From the NCBI GenBank assembly GCA_963664395.2, contig OY761159.2:608001-672000 (forward strand): a stretch of 64,000 nucleotides of DNA, in the 5' to 3' direction. Below, in pieces: positions 8,315 to 18,813 of this stretch. Made by a program: the position numbers and the translations under genes. This DNA is from Candidatus Binatia bacterium (lineage in GTDB: Bacteria; Desulfobacterota; Binatia; Bin18). Under the pieces are notes generated by a model, which saw nothing but the letters and a program-made list of their open reading frames with translations, ran no database searches and was not told the DNA's origin. Each line of letters starts with the position of its first letter. Within the stretch, counting starts at the first letter, position 1.

Positions 8315-9238
8315 CTACACAAAATGGGGCAGGATATCTTGTCCGTAGTGTTCAAGTTGAGACGGAATGTCCGCCGGCGGGCAGATGGGCCGGAGAACAA
8401 ACTTCTCGCAGCCGACTTCAACAAAGCGCTCAATCTGCTCCACGCACTCTTGGACCGAGCCGATCAGCGACCGCTGCATGATTTTCTCCGGATCAACCCG
8501 CAGGCCGTGGAAGAACGGCTCGACTGTTTTCATGGCAGCCGCCGGGTCGTCGCACACGTGAGTAAAGAGCAGCACACCGGCCTCGCCCGGATCAATCGTC
8601 CGCCCGTACTCCTCCCCATACCCCTTGAGCTTTTCCATATCGCGCTGAAACTCGGCGGGTGAAGTGAGCGCCGGGAACCAGCCATCACCGAGGCGGGCTA
8701 CTCGTTTAAGAATCGCGTCACTCTTGCCACCAATCCAAATATCGAGCGAACCCTTCTTCGGTTTGGGCTCAATCGTCACATCCTCAAAATGATAGAACTC
8801 ACCATGATGCGTGACGTTTGATTCCGTCCACAGTTTGCGCAGAATCTCGATCCCTTCTTCAAGTCGCCGTCCTCGGGCTTGAGGCGGCACCCCGCACGCA
8901 ATCAGATCACGCGTGTCGTTGCCGCTCCCGACTGCCATGATCATCCGTCCGTTTGAAAGATAGTCGAGGGTGGCATAGGTCTTGGCCACCTGGACCGGAT
9001 GCCGCGCCGGCAGGGTAAAGACGCTCGGTCCCATTTTCAGACGAGAGGTGCGACCGGCAATCATGGCGAACACACAATTGATATCCAGCGTAGGGTTGAC
9101 GGTCACAATGTGATCAGACAGCCAGAATGAATCCAGCCCAGCGGCCTCGGCTGTTTCGGCGCTGCTGCACAGGAGTTCGGGGTCGGGTAAACCATACTTC
9201 CATTGTCCAAAGCCGATACCGATTTTTACTCCACTCAT
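8315..9238 (-). CDS. LLM-class flavin/F420-dependent oxidoreductase
   Basis: DSFWLSDH, RHPVQVAKTYATLDYLSNGR, IWIGG and RLGDGW motifs. Confidence 0.9.
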   Translation of the reverse strand: MSGVKIGIGFGQWKYGLPDPELLCSSAETAEAAGLDSFWLSDHIVTVNPTLDINCVFAMIAGRTSRLKMGPSVFTLPARHPVQVAKTYATLDYLSNGRMIMAVGSGNDTRDLIACGVPPQARGRRLEEGIEILRKLWTESNVTHHGEFYHFEDVTIEPKPKKGSLDIWIGGKSDAILKRVARLGDGWFPALTSPAEFQRDMEKLKGYGEEYGRTIDPGEAGVLLFTHVCDDPAAAMKTVEPFFHGLRVDPEKIMQRSLIGSVQECVEQIERFVEVGCEKFVLRPICPPADIPSQLEHYGQDILPHFV

Positions 9239-9302
9239 GGTGCTCCTCCGCACTCTTTCCGACATGCGCTTCTATCTGTATATAGTTAAAGCTATCAGAC
9301 AG

Positions 9303-9330
9303 GACCAAAGAGTACAGACCAAAGAGTACA
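9303..9330 (+). repeat. 14-bp tandem duplication upstream of msrB
   Basis: GACCAAAGAGTACA twice. Confidence 0.85.
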
Positions 9331-9362
9331 AATCAAAAAGAACAAAAAAGGGAGCGTAGAGT

Positions 9363-9755
9363 ATGAGCGATAAAGTCGAAAAGACCGACGAGGAATGGCG
9401 CGCAGAGCTTACCCCCGAGCAGTTTGCCGTCTGTCGGATGAAGGCGACCGAGTCACCTTTCTCAGGCGCATACAACGATTGCAAGGATGAGGGCATCTAC
9501 CAGTGTGTGTGTTGCGGCACCGACTTGTTTCACTCATCCACGAAGTACGAATCGGGCAGTGGTTGGCCCAGCTTTTGGGAACCACTGAAGCCGGACAGTG
9601 TGCGCCTGGAATCAGACCATGGCCACGGCATGACCCGGACCGAAGTGATGTGCAACACCTGCGCTGCCCATCTGGGCCATGTATTTGACGATGGCCCACC
9701 GCCAACCGGGCAGCGCTACTGCATGAACTCCCTCTCGCTTCAGCTCAAAAAGTGA
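9363..9755 (+). CDS. msrB: Peptide-methionine (R)-S-oxide reductase
   Basis: KYESGSGWPSF, HLGHVFDDGP and RYCMNS motifs, two CxxC zinc motifs. Confidence 0.96.
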   Translation: MSDKVEKTDEEWRAELTPEQFAVCRMKATESPFSGAYNDCKDEGIYQCVCCGTDLFHSSTKYESGSGWPSFWEPLKPDSVRLESDHGHGMTRTEVMCNTCAAHLGHVFDDGPPPTGQRYCMNSLSLQLKK

Positions 9756-9825
9756 AGAAGAGGATTGGCGGGTGTCCTCGCTGACAGGCTCTTCCCGTCA
9801 GCAGAGGCAGGCAGCGGAACAAGGC

Positions 9826-9871
9826 ATCCAGCCAAGAAATCCAGCCAAGAAATCCAGCCAAGAAATCCAGC
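9826..9871 (+). repeat. 13-bp tandem repeat (3.5 copies) abutting the cysK start
   Basis: ATCCAGCCAAGAA x3 plus ATCCAGC, then ATG. Confidence 0.9.
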
Positions 9872-10813
9872 ATGACTCGTTTGTTTAACGATATCACCGA
9901 AACCATTGGCCATACGCCATTAGTGCGGCTCAATCACCTCACGCAGGATGCGGGAACTGAGGTGGGAGCTGAGGTGTATGCCAAGCTGGAATTCTTCAAT
10001 CCTCTGAGCAGCATTAAAGATCGTATTGGATACAATATGATTGCTGCCGCGGAAAAGGCCGGTAAGGTCACTGCAGAGACTGTCATCATCGAGCCGACAA
10101 GTGGCAACACCGGCATCGCCCTGGCCTTTGTTGCCGCAGCCCGGGGCTATCGGATCATCCTGACCATGCCTGACTCCATGAGTATGGAGCGGCGCAATCT
10201 GCTGCGCTTCCTTGGTGCGGAACTGGTCCTCACACCAGCCCGCGAAGGGATGCCCGGCGCGATTCGCAAAGCCGAGGAACTCGCCGCAAACATCCCGCAT
10301 GCTTTTATTCCACAGCAGTTTGAGAATCCGGCCAACCCGGACATTCATCGCCGGACCACGGCCCGCGAAATTTGGGAGGACACCGACGGCAAGGTCGATA
10401 TTTTTATCAGCGGTGTGGGAACGGGCGGGACCATCACTGGGGTGTCTGAGGTGATTAAACCGCTCAAACCGAGCTTTCAGGCCATAGCGGTCGAGCCCGC
10501 CAGCTCATCAGTGCTCTCCGGCGGCCAGCCCGGACCAACCCAGATTCAAGGCATCGGCGCCGGTTTCGTCCCTGCCATTCTGAATACCGCCATTATTGAT
10601 GAAATCATCACCGTCCGGGATGAAGACGCACTCGCCACAGCGCGCCAGCTTGCCAGACGAGAAGGCATTCCCGCCGGCATCAGCAGCGGCGCCACAGTCT
10701 GGGCCGCGCTCCAGGTTGCGGCCCGGCCGGAGAACGCCGGGAAAATGCTGGTTGTTATTCTGGCCAGCTCGGCTGAGCGATATTTGAGTACGGCGTTGGT
10801 TGAAGACCTCTAA
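9872..10813 (+). CDS. cysK: Cysteine synthase A
   Basis: [22 protein letters not shown] and IQGIGAGF motifs. Confidence 0.95.
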   Translation: MTRLFNDITETIGHTPLVRLNHLTQDAGTEVGAEVYAKLEFFNPLSSIKDRIGYNMIAAAEKAGKVTAETVIIEPTSGNTGIALAFVAAARGYRIILTMPDSMSMERRNLLRFLGAELVLTPAREGMPGAIRKAEELAANIPHAFIPQQFENPANPDIHRRTTAREIWEDTDGKVDIFISGVGTGGTITGVSEVIKPLKPSFQAIAVEPASSSVLSGGQPGPTQIQGIGAGFVPAILNTAIIDEIITVRDEDALATARQLARREGIPAGISSGATVWAALQVAARPENAGKMLVVILASSAERYLSTALVEDL

Positions 10814-10828
10814 GGCGCACGATCTCCC

Positions 10829-10997
10829 CTACCCCTTCGGCTTTACCAGCTTGAAAACTTTACGGATCACGGCCGAGGCATTCGCATATGGTGCCGCCTC
10901 GCCCATGTCCGTAATCTCCGTATAGCGATCACGAATCTGTTCCGGCTGTGGAATCGTCGATGACGGCGACTTTATTGTCAAAACGGATATCGTTCAT
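10829..10997 (-). pseudogene. Short-chain dehydrogenase gene collapsed by internal deletion
   Basis: Starts MNDIRFDNKVAVI, which precedes TGxxxG in SDRs. Jumps out of frame near 10960 to PQPEQIRDRYTEITDM...KPKG-stop, resembling the C-terminus of MFE2-like SDRs. Confidence 0.65.
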
Positions 10998-11113
10998 GGG
11001 TAATTGCCTTCCTGCGATATGAGTATCGGGAGGGGAGAAAGAAGGGAAAGCCTTGAGTCCAGGATGGAATCCCCTAGCCAGGAAACGGATGAGCAGTATA
11101 AGTTACAGCCAAT

Positions 11114-11653
11114 ATGGACGCAGAATCTTGGAAATATTTCTGGCAGGGTTTTGGGATATTCGTCGGAGTATTTTTCGGAGTAGTGGCCGGCACAGCCATC
11201 AATCTCGTCATTGATTGGAGGAAGGAACGAAAATACAAGATTCAGCGACGGAAGAATCTACTTTTTGAGTGCGAACTAAATCTTCAGCATATAACTAGGT
11301 GGCTGAACACGTTAGAGGATTACCGCAGGACAGTGGTTGAAGATAGGATTTTTCAGTTTAACGGCTACTTCGACTTGACACGCGGCTTATCCCAAACCGC
11401 TAATGAGATGTACAAAGACGGGTCACTCTTCGAGTTTCTTGCACATGAGGACATAGCCCAACTTCAGGGTATGTATGTTAACTTCACGAGCGGAGCGGAA
11501 GACATGCTCAATAACAGTGTGAGAGATTATAAGAACATCTTCGGCACTGGGAATTATAATAAAGGGACTGTCACGTTCTCCATTGAATGGTGGGAAAACC
11601 AGTTCAAGCCATGTAAGCAATTGCTAGAGCGTCTAATCCAGAAATTATCATAG
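11114..11653 (+). CDS. Hypothetical protein with N-terminal membrane anchor
   Basis: Hydrophobic helix (GFGIFVGVFFGVVAGTAINLVI) followed by a basic stretch. AT-richer than its flanks. Confidence 0.7.
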   Translation: MDAESWKYFWQGFGIFVGVFFGVVAGTAINLVIDWRKERKYKIQRRKNLLFECELNLQHITRWLNTLEDYRRTVVEDRIFQFNGYFDLTRGLSQTANEMYKDGSLFEFLAHEDIAQLQGMYVNFTSGAEDMLNNSVRDYKNIFGTGNYNKGTVTFSIEWWENQFKPCKQLLERLIQKLS

Positions 11654-11814
11654 CCACATACCCTACCAACAGCCTGAACCTCTTCCATAACTCCATCAGC
11701 CGCCCGTGGGTCCTCCGTTAAGTCAGATATTTTCCCCTCCCCCCGATCCTGCTACAACACATCCCAGAACAATTCGATCACGTTACATTTTCCGATACGC
11801 CAAGGAGGGAGCCG

Positions 11815-13269
11815 ATGTCGTCACACCACACAGCCGAGCACATTCATTCACAACTGAGCCATCCGGTTATTGACTCGGACGGTCACTGGATCGAGTTTGA
11901 ACCCGCGGCCATGGATTACTTACAAGCAGTCGCCGGAGGGCGTGTGGTCGAGCGCTATACCAAGGTTGCCAACCAGTTCGGCAATAAGAAATGGGCCGCA
12001 CTCTCGGAAGAGGAACGCCGAGACCGGCGTATGCTTCAGCCGGCCTGGTGGGGAGTGCCGACCAAGAATACACGCGACCGGGCGACCGCGATGCTGCCCA
12101 AGCTGCTGTACGAACGTATGGACGAACTCGGCATCGACTTTGGAGTGATCTACCCGACCGGCGGCGCGCTGTTTGCACCGTTTCTGCGCGACGATGAAAT
12201 TCGCCGGGCGGCCTGCCGCGCGTTTAATATGTATACCGCGGATCAGTTCAAAGGCTTGGAAGACCGCCTGACTCCTGCCGCGGTGGTGCCGATGTTTACC
12301 CCGGAAGAAGCCGTTGAAGAGCTGGAGTTCATCAAGAGCAAGGGTTTTAAGGTGGCCATGCTGTCGAGCCTTATCCGGCGCCAGGTTCCGGCGGTTGCCC
12401 GCAAAGCGCCCGAGGCCGGTCGGTACGCAATCTGGCACGACACCTTGGGCATAGACAGTGAGCATGACTACGATCCGGTCTGGGCGAAATGCCTCGAAGT
12501 CGGCATCCCACCCAGCTTTCACTCTGCCTCGTCAGGCATTGGTATGCGGGCCTCGATTTCTAATTTTGTGTATAACCACATTGGCCATTTTGCCCAAGCT
12601 GGAGAGGCGGTCTGCAAATCCATCTTTATGAACGGCGTGACGCGGCGTTTCCCAGCGCTGCGCGTTGCCTTTTTGGAAGGCGGCGTGGGTTGGGCCTGCG
12701 GCCTGTATAGCGACCTCGTCGGGCACTGGAAAATCCGAAATCCCAAGGCGCTGGATAGTGTGAATCCCGCCAATCTGAACCAGGAAATGCTGGTTGACTT
12801 GTTCCGGAAATATGGCTCGCCAGCGGCTGTGGAAAAGCTGAGTCAAGAAGCAACTCAGGCCCATCTCGGCCTGCTCACCAAAGAGCCGGAAAAACTGGAT
12901 GACTTTGCTCCGTGTGGGATCGAGCGAGCCGAAGACATCCGCGACCTGTTTGTGCCGAATTTTTACTTTGGCTGCGAGGCAGACGACCCGCTGAATGCCT
13001 GGGCCTTCAACACGAAAGTCAATCCGTATGGCGCCAGGATCAACGCCTTGTTTGGCTCGGACATTGGCCACTTCGATGTTCCGGACATGGCCGGCGTGTT
13101 ACCCGAGGCGTATGAAGGCGTTGAAGATGGCGTGATGACAGACGACAATTTCAGAGATTTTGTATTCGCGAATCCCGTCCGCTTCTGGAGTGCCTTAAAC
13201 CCGGACTTCTTTAAGGGAACGGCGGTTGAATCACAGGCGCGAGCGCTTGTGGCGGAGGGAGAGGCTTAG
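11815..13269 (+). CDS. Amidohydrolase family (Amidohydro_2) protein
   Basis: IDSDGH, PSFH, AFLEGG and FGSDIGHFD motifs. AGGAGG RBS. Confidence 0.9.
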   Translation: MSSHHTAEHIHSQLSHPVIDSDGHWIEFEPAAMDYLQAVAGGRVVERYTKVANQFGNKKWAALSEEERRDRRMLQPAWWGVPTKNTRDRATAMLPKLLYERMDELGIDFGVIYPTGGALFAPFLRDDEIRRAACRAFNMYTADQFKGLEDRLTPAAVVPMFTPEEAVEELEFIKSKGFKVAMLSSLIRRQVPAVARKAPEAGRYAIWHDTLGIDSEHDYDPVWAKCLEVGIPPSFHSASSGIGMRASISNFVYNHIGHFAQAGEAVCKSIFMNGVTRRFPALRVAFLEGGVGWACGLYSDLVGHWKIRNPKALDSVNPANLNQEMLVDLFRKYGSPAAVEKLSQEATQAHLGLLTKEPEKLDDFAPCGIERAEDIRDLFVPNFYFGCEADDPLNAWAFNTKVNPYGARINALFGSDIGHFDVPDMAGVLPEAYEGVEDGVMTDDNFRDFVFANPVRFWSALNPDFFKGTAVESQARALVAEGEA

Positions 13270-14225
13270 CTACAGCACCAATCCGGCTCACCGGCGGCGT
13301 GGCCGTGGCGTTCGGCCCGGAGTTGGCGCATGCCGTCCATCATGCGCTGTCGATCGATGGGTTGGTCGAGTTCGTTTTGAAACTCCTGGTAGAGCCGCAT
13401 GAGGTTGGGCAGAATCCGCTCCGGCTCACGCCAGCGGGCGTATATGCCAAGCTTCACGTCGCGGGCGGCTTCCTCGGGACTCATACCGAGTTGGAAACGC
13501 TTCTTGGCTTCACGCCGGATGAGCATGAGGTAGGACCGCATTTCGCGCAGCTCTTTTTTACCACCAATCGGGCCGTGGCCCGGTACGATGATGTTCACAT
13601 CCAGCTTCAAAATCCGCTCTGCAACCTTAATCCAATTCCCGACATGGCCTTGGAAGGCTAATGGCGTGACGTAGTAAAAAGCGAGATCCCCGGCAAAGAG
13701 GATTTTCTCTTTGGGTAAATAGACAAAAGCGTCCCCAAAGGTGTGGGCCGGTCCGAGATGGCGCAGTTCCACGTCTCGTCCGGATTGGTGGAAGACCAGC
13801 CGGTCTTCAAAGGTCAGGTCCGGGACTCTGGGTTTGAGCTTGGAGAACTCCTTGGCAAAGCGTGGAATGCGTTGCTGGAGTTGTTTGACAGGTAGGCCCT
13901 CCCGTATCTGTTCGTCACGACAGAAGGTGTGGCTAATGACCAGGGCGTCACGAAAGAGAAAATTCCCGCCGCTGTGATCTACATGATGATGCGTATTGAC
14001 CAAACGAGAGACCGGTCGTTTCGTCACTTTCTTAATCGCCCCGAGAAAGCGGGTGGTCATGGACGGGACCATGAGGGCGTCAATCGCCATAACGCCTTCA
14101 TGGTCCGGCAACAGGCCAGCGTTGCTCACACCAAGTTCACCATAGGTCTGAATATAGGCGTAGACTTTCGGAGCGACCTCTTCGAGCCCCGTCCGCCAGC
14201 CTGCGGGAGTGATATAGTCATGCAT
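13266..14225 (-). CDS. MBL-fold metallo-hydrolase (cyclase-like)
   Basis: SNAG, NTHHHVDHSGGN, AHTFGD, FAGDL and VPGHG motifs. Confidence 0.9.
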   Translation of the reverse strand: MHDYITPAGWRTGLEEVAPKVYAYIQTYGELGVSNAGLLPDHEGVMAIDALMVPSMTTRFLGAIKKVTKRPVSRLVNTHHHVDHSGGNFLFRDALVISHTFCRDEQIREGLPVKQLQQRIPRFAKEFSKLKPRVPDLTFEDRLVFHQSGRDVELRHLGPAHTFGDAFVYLPKEKILFAGDLAFYYVTPLAFQGHVGNWIKVAERILKLDVNIIVPGHGPIGGKKELREMRSYLMLIRREAKKRFQLGMSPEEAARDVKLGIYARWREPERILPNLMRLYQEFQNELDQPIDRQRMMDGMRQLRAERHGHAAGEPDWCCS

Positions 14226-14239
14226 AGTACCGCCGACGT

Positions 14240-15340
14240 TTAGAGGTTGAATAAGCGGGCTGCATTCTCGCTCAATATCTTTTTCTTCAGTCCGTCTGAT
14301 ATATCCGTTCGCTCATAGATAGCTTTGACTGAATCCGGGCACATACAGTCCCAGTGCGAATAGTCTGAGGCATAGATGAGGCGCTCTTCCCCAATCATTT
14401 GGGCCACGAACGGAATGGTCTTTTCTTCCGGCTCCACCGCGAAAAAGCAGTTCTCACTCGTGATCCAGTCTTCAGGACTGCGTTGCTGCCAGGGCATTTG
14501 CTGCGGCAGCAATTCATAGTGTTCGTGGAGCCGCTCCATCATCCACGGCACCCAGCCGGCGCCGGCTTCCATAAAGGCAACTTTCAGCTTCGGGAATCGC
14601 TCCAGAATCCCCCCGCAGGTAAACGAGGCGGCGGCCAGCATGGTATCGAGCGAATAAAAGGCATGCTTAAATACGTAGCGATCAAATCGGTCAACGCCGG
14701 CGGAGTTGGTCGAGATGATATGCGCGCAAATGGGGACGCCCAGTCCCTGGGCCTCTTCCCAAATCGGATCAAACTCGGCTTCATGCAAGAGCTTGCCACC
14801 GAAATTCGTCAGGACCTGGACCCCGACCATGCCAAGTTGTTCGACCGCCCGTCTGATTTCGACCCGCGCAGCCTCAGGATCTTGCATAGGAATCATGGCG
14901 ATGCCTTTGAGGCGGTCAGCGTAGGGTGTGCAGTATTCAGCCAGCCAGTTGTTATACGCAACGGAGACAGCCATGCCGAGGCCAGGATCTTCAATTGAAG
15001 CCGCGGCACCGAGGCCAATAAAGGTCCCGAACAGGACTGCGATGTCGATCCCTTCGAGGTCCATATCAGGGATACGCTGGTGCGGGTCTTGCATCCCGGC
15101 GCGATCCCAGCCCCATTGGTGGTCGGGTTTCTTGGGTTCGGGCCACATGCCGAGTTGGCCATAGAAGTCACGCCGGCTGGGCCACATTTTGCCCTCAACC
15201 ACCAGATGCCGGCGACCATCCGGGTAGCTCACCCAACAGGGCGCATCCTTGTGATAGCGCTCAGGCAGTAATTCAACCCAGTTGACGGCCTTCTCATCAA
15301 CATGCCCATCTGCATCAATGACGGTGTAGTCAGGTCTCAT
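14240..15340 (-). CDS. Amidohydrolase family (Amidohydro_2) protein
   Basis: IDADGH, AFMEAGAGW and YASDYSHWD motifs. Start MRPDY after GGAGG. Confidence 0.9.
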   Translation of the reverse strand: MRPDYTVIDADGHVDEKAVNWVELLPERYHKDAPCWVSYPDGRRHLVVEGKMWPSRRDFYGQLGMWPEPKKPDHQWGWDRAGMQDPHQRIPDMDLEGIDIAVLFGTFIGLGAAASIEDPGLGMAVSVAYNNWLAEYCTPYADRLKGIAMIPMQDPEAARVEIRRAVEQLGMVGVQVLTNFGGKLLHEAEFDPIWEEAQGLGVPICAHIISTNSAGVDRFDRYVFKHAFYSLDTMLAAASFTCGGILERFPKLKVAFMEAGAGWVPWMMERLHEHYELLPQQMPWQQRSPEDWITSENCFFAVEPEEKTIPFVAQMIGEERLIYASDYSHWDCMCPDSVKAIYERTDISDGLKKKILSENAARLFNL

Positions 15341-17582
15341 AGTTTCCTCCTGTCTTTTCTTCTTTGCGGCTTCTCGCCAGCTTCTCGCCGGCTTCTGGCC
15401 AGATCGTATCATGACGCTGACGAAACTCTGCATACTCTATCGCGGCCCGTAGAGCAGCAACCGCTCGATGGGCACTCGGGTAGCAAACGCGGCCGGCTTC
15501 GCGTACGGCAAGGGGGCCGGCATTACCGTACTCCCGATCGGTGTAGACGAGTTCGGTGGTCGTGAGGACCGGTTTCTTATGCTTGCCTGAAGCTTCGGCA
15601 GCGGCTAAGGCATACCGCCGATCTTGTTTTTCATGAAATCCGGCCATGCGGTCCAACCCGTAGTCCGGATAGAATGCACCCGCCTTAAACCCTTGGGCGG
15701 TTGCGGCTTGGATACCCAGGCCAAGATGGAGAACCGCATCAACCTCGGGGTGTGCACATACCAGGTCGAGAATTTCAGGAACAGTATCGCGGGTCTCGCC
15801 ACCCGCCAGATCAATCGGATTATTGCGGCTCCAGCGGGCCGGGACCATACTACTAATCGCCTCTTCGAGCTCTTGGGGCAGAGAGATAAGATTGAGCCCG
15901 GCAGTGGCGCAGGCATCCGCGGTCAGGACACCCCAGCCGCCAACGGTGGTAAAGACAACGACCCGTCTGCCTTGCGGAAGCGGCTGGGTTGCCAGGGTTG
16001 CAGCCCATTCAAAGGCATGTTCAATCGTGGGCGCCCGCAATATGCCAAATTGGCGACACAGCCCGTCAAAGACACGGTCGTCCGTCGCCAGTGAACCAGT
16101 ATGCGATAGCGCAGCCCGCTGTCCCTCTGCCGCAGCGCCGCCTTTCACCACCACCAAAGGCTTCCGCTGTGTGAGACCGCGGACTGCTTCAATAAAATGA
16201 GGGCCGTCAGGCACGCCTTCAAGATAGGCAAGGACAACGTCGGTTTCCGGGTCAACCGCAAAATACTCCAGATAATCGGCAATATTCGTGTGTGCGGAGT
16301 TGCCGGCAGAAACAGCCTTACTCACCCCGACTCCGGTTTGGACGGAGTAGTTCAAGAAGGCCGACAGCAGGTTCCCGCTCTGACTCACGATGGACAGGCG
16401 GCCGGCGGGAGGATACGGAGCCACAATTTGGGCACACATTGAAACCGACGTAGAGATCACGCCTTGGCCATTCGGCCCGGCCAGCAGCATACCAAGCTCC
16501 TGGGCTGTTGTGACGAGTTCGTTTTCCAGTTGTCGGCCGTCCTCGCCGGCCTCCCGGTATCCCCCACTGGCGACAAAAGCGGCCCGAACGCCGACCTTTG
16601 CACAGGAACGCAGCAGTGCGACGTTGGCGGCAACAGGGGTGCACACAAATACGAGGTCAGCCTTATCCGGCGGAATCTCTTCCACAGTCCGGTAGGTTGG
16701 TTGACCAAGAATTTCCGCCCCCTCACGATTCACCGGAAAGACTTCGCCCTGGTATCCGAAGCGTCTGAGATTGTGCAAAGAGACAAACCCGAATTTCCCC
16801 GGATGCGAGGAGGCCCCAGCGACGACAACCCCGCGCGGGTGAAACAGGGGACGAAACCGTTCAAGGATGTCTTCAGGGGTGCGCCGCTGAACAGTGGGGC
16901 TTTTGGGTTGCGTCTTGTTCGTCACGACCAGTGCATCAACCGCAATGGGTTTTCCATTGACAACAATCAGCGGATTCACGTCAACGCTCTCAATGTCAGG
17001 CCGGTCAAGGGCTAAGCGGCCAAGCCCAACCAGGACAGCGGCCAAGGCATCGAGATCAACCGGAGCCTCACCACGAAACGGTTGTGTGAGGAGATGTTGA
17101 GACCGCATCCCCTCGACCATAGCTCTTGCTTGGGTGTGTAAGAGCGGCGCAACGGCAAAGACAACATCTCCGAGCGCTTCGGTCAGAATACCCCCAAGTC
17201 CCAGGAGTACGCACGGGCCGAACTGAGGATCACGGACCATACCGGCGATCAACTCCCGCCTCCCAGAGACCATCTCAGCGACGAGTACACTCACTTCCCC
17301 ATCTTCATCTTGACGCTGCGCCCACAGCGCATGCGCAGCCCGCTCAACAGCCTGTAGCGTATCAAGACCGAGGCGGACGAGGTTACGTTCGGTCTTGTGA
17401 GCGATGCGCGCACCACACAATTTCACGACAACAGGAAAGCCAATCTCAGTTGCCGCACGACCGGCCTCGTACGGGTCCCGGACTATGACTTCTTGAGAAA
17501 TGACACACCCGTATCCGGCAAGAACACGCTTGGATTCATACTCGGACAGGGTCCATGTTTGCGGCTCAGTCGAACGTTTCAT
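15330..17582 (-). CDS. ADP-forming acyl-CoA synthetase, beta (ATP-grasp)-alpha fusion
   Basis: N-terminal GFPVVVK, HKTE and DVNPL motifs. CoA-binding VAGAS..PGKFG, GPNG, SQSG and phospho-His SHTGSL. Confidence 0.9.
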   Translation of the reverse strand: MKRSTEPQTWTLSEYESKRVLAGYGCVISQEVIVRDPYEAGRAATEIGFPVVVKLCGARIAHKTERNLVRLGLDTLQAVERAAHALWAQRQDEDGEVSVLVAEMVSGRRELIAGMVRDPQFGPCVLLGLGGILTEALGDVVFAVAPLLHTQARAMVEGMRSQHLLTQPFRGEAPVDLDALAAVLVGLGRLALDRPDIESVDVNPLIVVNGKPIAVDALVVTNKTQPKSPTVQRRTPEDILERFRPLFHPRGVVVAGASSHPGKFGFVSLHNLRRFGYQGEVFPVNREGAEILGQPTYRTVEEIPPDKADLVFVCTPVAANVALLRSCAKVGVRAAFVASGGYREAGEDGRQLENELVTTAQELGMLLAGPNGQGVISTSVSMCAQIVAPYPPAGRLSIVSQSGNLLSAFLNYSVQTGVGVSKAVSAGNSAHTNIADYLEYFAVDPETDVVLAYLEGVPDGPHFIEAVRGLTQRKPLVVVKGGAAAEGQRAALSHTGSLATDDRVFDGLCRQFGILRAPTIEHAFEWAATLATQPLPQGRRVVVFTTVGGWGVLTADACATAGLNLISLPQELEEAISSMVPARWSRNNPIDLAGGETRDTVPEILDLVCAHPEVDAVLHLGLGIQAATAQGFKAGAFYPDYGLDRMAGFHEKQDRRYALAAAEASGKHKKPVLTTTELVYTDREYGNAGPLAVREAGRVCYPSAHRAVAALRAAIEYAEFRQRHDTIWPEAGEKLARSRKEEKTGGNYET

Positions 17583-17784
17583 AGCGATGCTTTTACCCCT
17601 CTTGATCGGAGCTTGGTCAGACGTATAGCGCGCCTCGACATAATGAACAAAGTGAGCGGGCCTGAAAAGTACGAGATTCTAGCATACCCATGGCTGCTCG
17701 GGCAGACGCCAGCGCCTTGAGGGGTTGCTTTCACACAGGTGAGGCATTAGGTATTGTTGACCTCACGGACTAAAAGGGGACAGC

Positions 17785-18687
17785 GTGAACGCTTCGGTCA
17801 AGCTTATTGAACAAGTTATTCCCTCAACGGTTGCCATTCGAGTGACCGTTCCCGCACAGCACCAATCTGCCCAGTTGTTAGGAACTGAGCGTATGGGGTC
17901 CGGGGCAGTTGTGAGTCCGGACGGCTACATCCTGACCGTCAACTACATTGTTATTGGCGCGTCTCAGATCAGCGTCAGCATGATTGATAACACCCAGCTC
18001 GACGCCGAGGTGGTTGCCCAAGATTTTGCGAGCGGTATTGCGGTGTTAAAAGTATCTCAAACCGGCTTTCCGGCTGTCCCACTGCAACCTTCCACTGGGC
18101 TTCACACAGGAGATGAAGTTTTCCTGGTCGCCAGTGCGGGAGAAGAAAATGGCCGGCGGGTGAATGGCGGCGGACTCACCTCGGTTTCCCATTTTGATGC
18201 CTACTGGGAGTATAGCCTGGAGCGGGCGCTGACGAGCACCGCTATGAATCCAGGCTTAGGCGGCGGCCCCATGTTCGATATGCGTGGTCGCATGGTCGGC
18301 GTCGTCTCCCTCAATCTCAATGAAATTGGAAAGTTTTCCCTGGCGATTCCGGTTGAGCACTTTACTGAACATCAAGATGAACTCCTTCGGTATGGGCGAC
18401 GAGTGACTCGTCCTTCACGCGCCTGGATCGGCATGTATTCGTATACGCTGAAAGAGCACCTCGTCATTGCCGGCTTATTACCCGATGGCCCAGGTGCCAA
18501 AGCGGGCTTGAAAGCCAGCGATGTGATCCTCGCAATCGACGAGAAAGAAACAGCGAACCGCCACGGCTTTTATGAGCAGCTCTGGAGTCGGCCCGCTGGC
18601 GAGACCGTCTTGTTTCGTATCTTTCGGAATAATACAGTCCAGAGTATCCCGGTTGTTTCCGGCAACGTTGAGGAGTTTTTCGGCTAA
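17785..18687 (+). CDS. S1C/HtrA-like trypsin-fold plus PDZ protein with degenerate catalytic residues
   Basis: GSGAVV...YILTVNY, MNPGLGGGPM and a C-terminal PDZ domain. Confidence 0.85.
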   Translation: MNASVKLIEQVIPSTVAIRVTVPAQHQSAQLLGTERMGSGAVVSPDGYILTVNYIVIGASQISVSMIDNTQLDAEVVAQDFASGIAVLKVSQTGFPAVPLQPSTGLHTGDEVFLVASAGEENGRRVNGGGLTSVSHFDAYWEYSLERALTSTAMNPGLGGGPMFDMRGRMVGVVSLNLNEIGKFSLAIPVEHFTEHQDELLRYGRRVTRPSRAWIGMYSYTLKEHLVIAGLLPDGPGAKAGLKASDVILAIDEKETANRHGFYEQLWSRPAGETVLFRIFRNNTVQSIPVVSGNVEEFFG

Positions 18688-18813
18688 CAGTTGCTCCGCT
18701 CAGTAGCAAAGCTCCCGCCTGACCTCAGGGTGTCCTCTTCCCTTTTGATGCCCCCCTCTCACTCTTCCTTCTTCCTGGCCGCGCGTCTGATATACTCTCC
18801 ACAGGGAGGCAGT

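Noticed and set aside
9826-9871. Tandem repeats as a CRISPR array
   Set aside because: Units are 13 bp with no spacers. No cas genes or repeat-spacer arrays were seen anywhere in the window.
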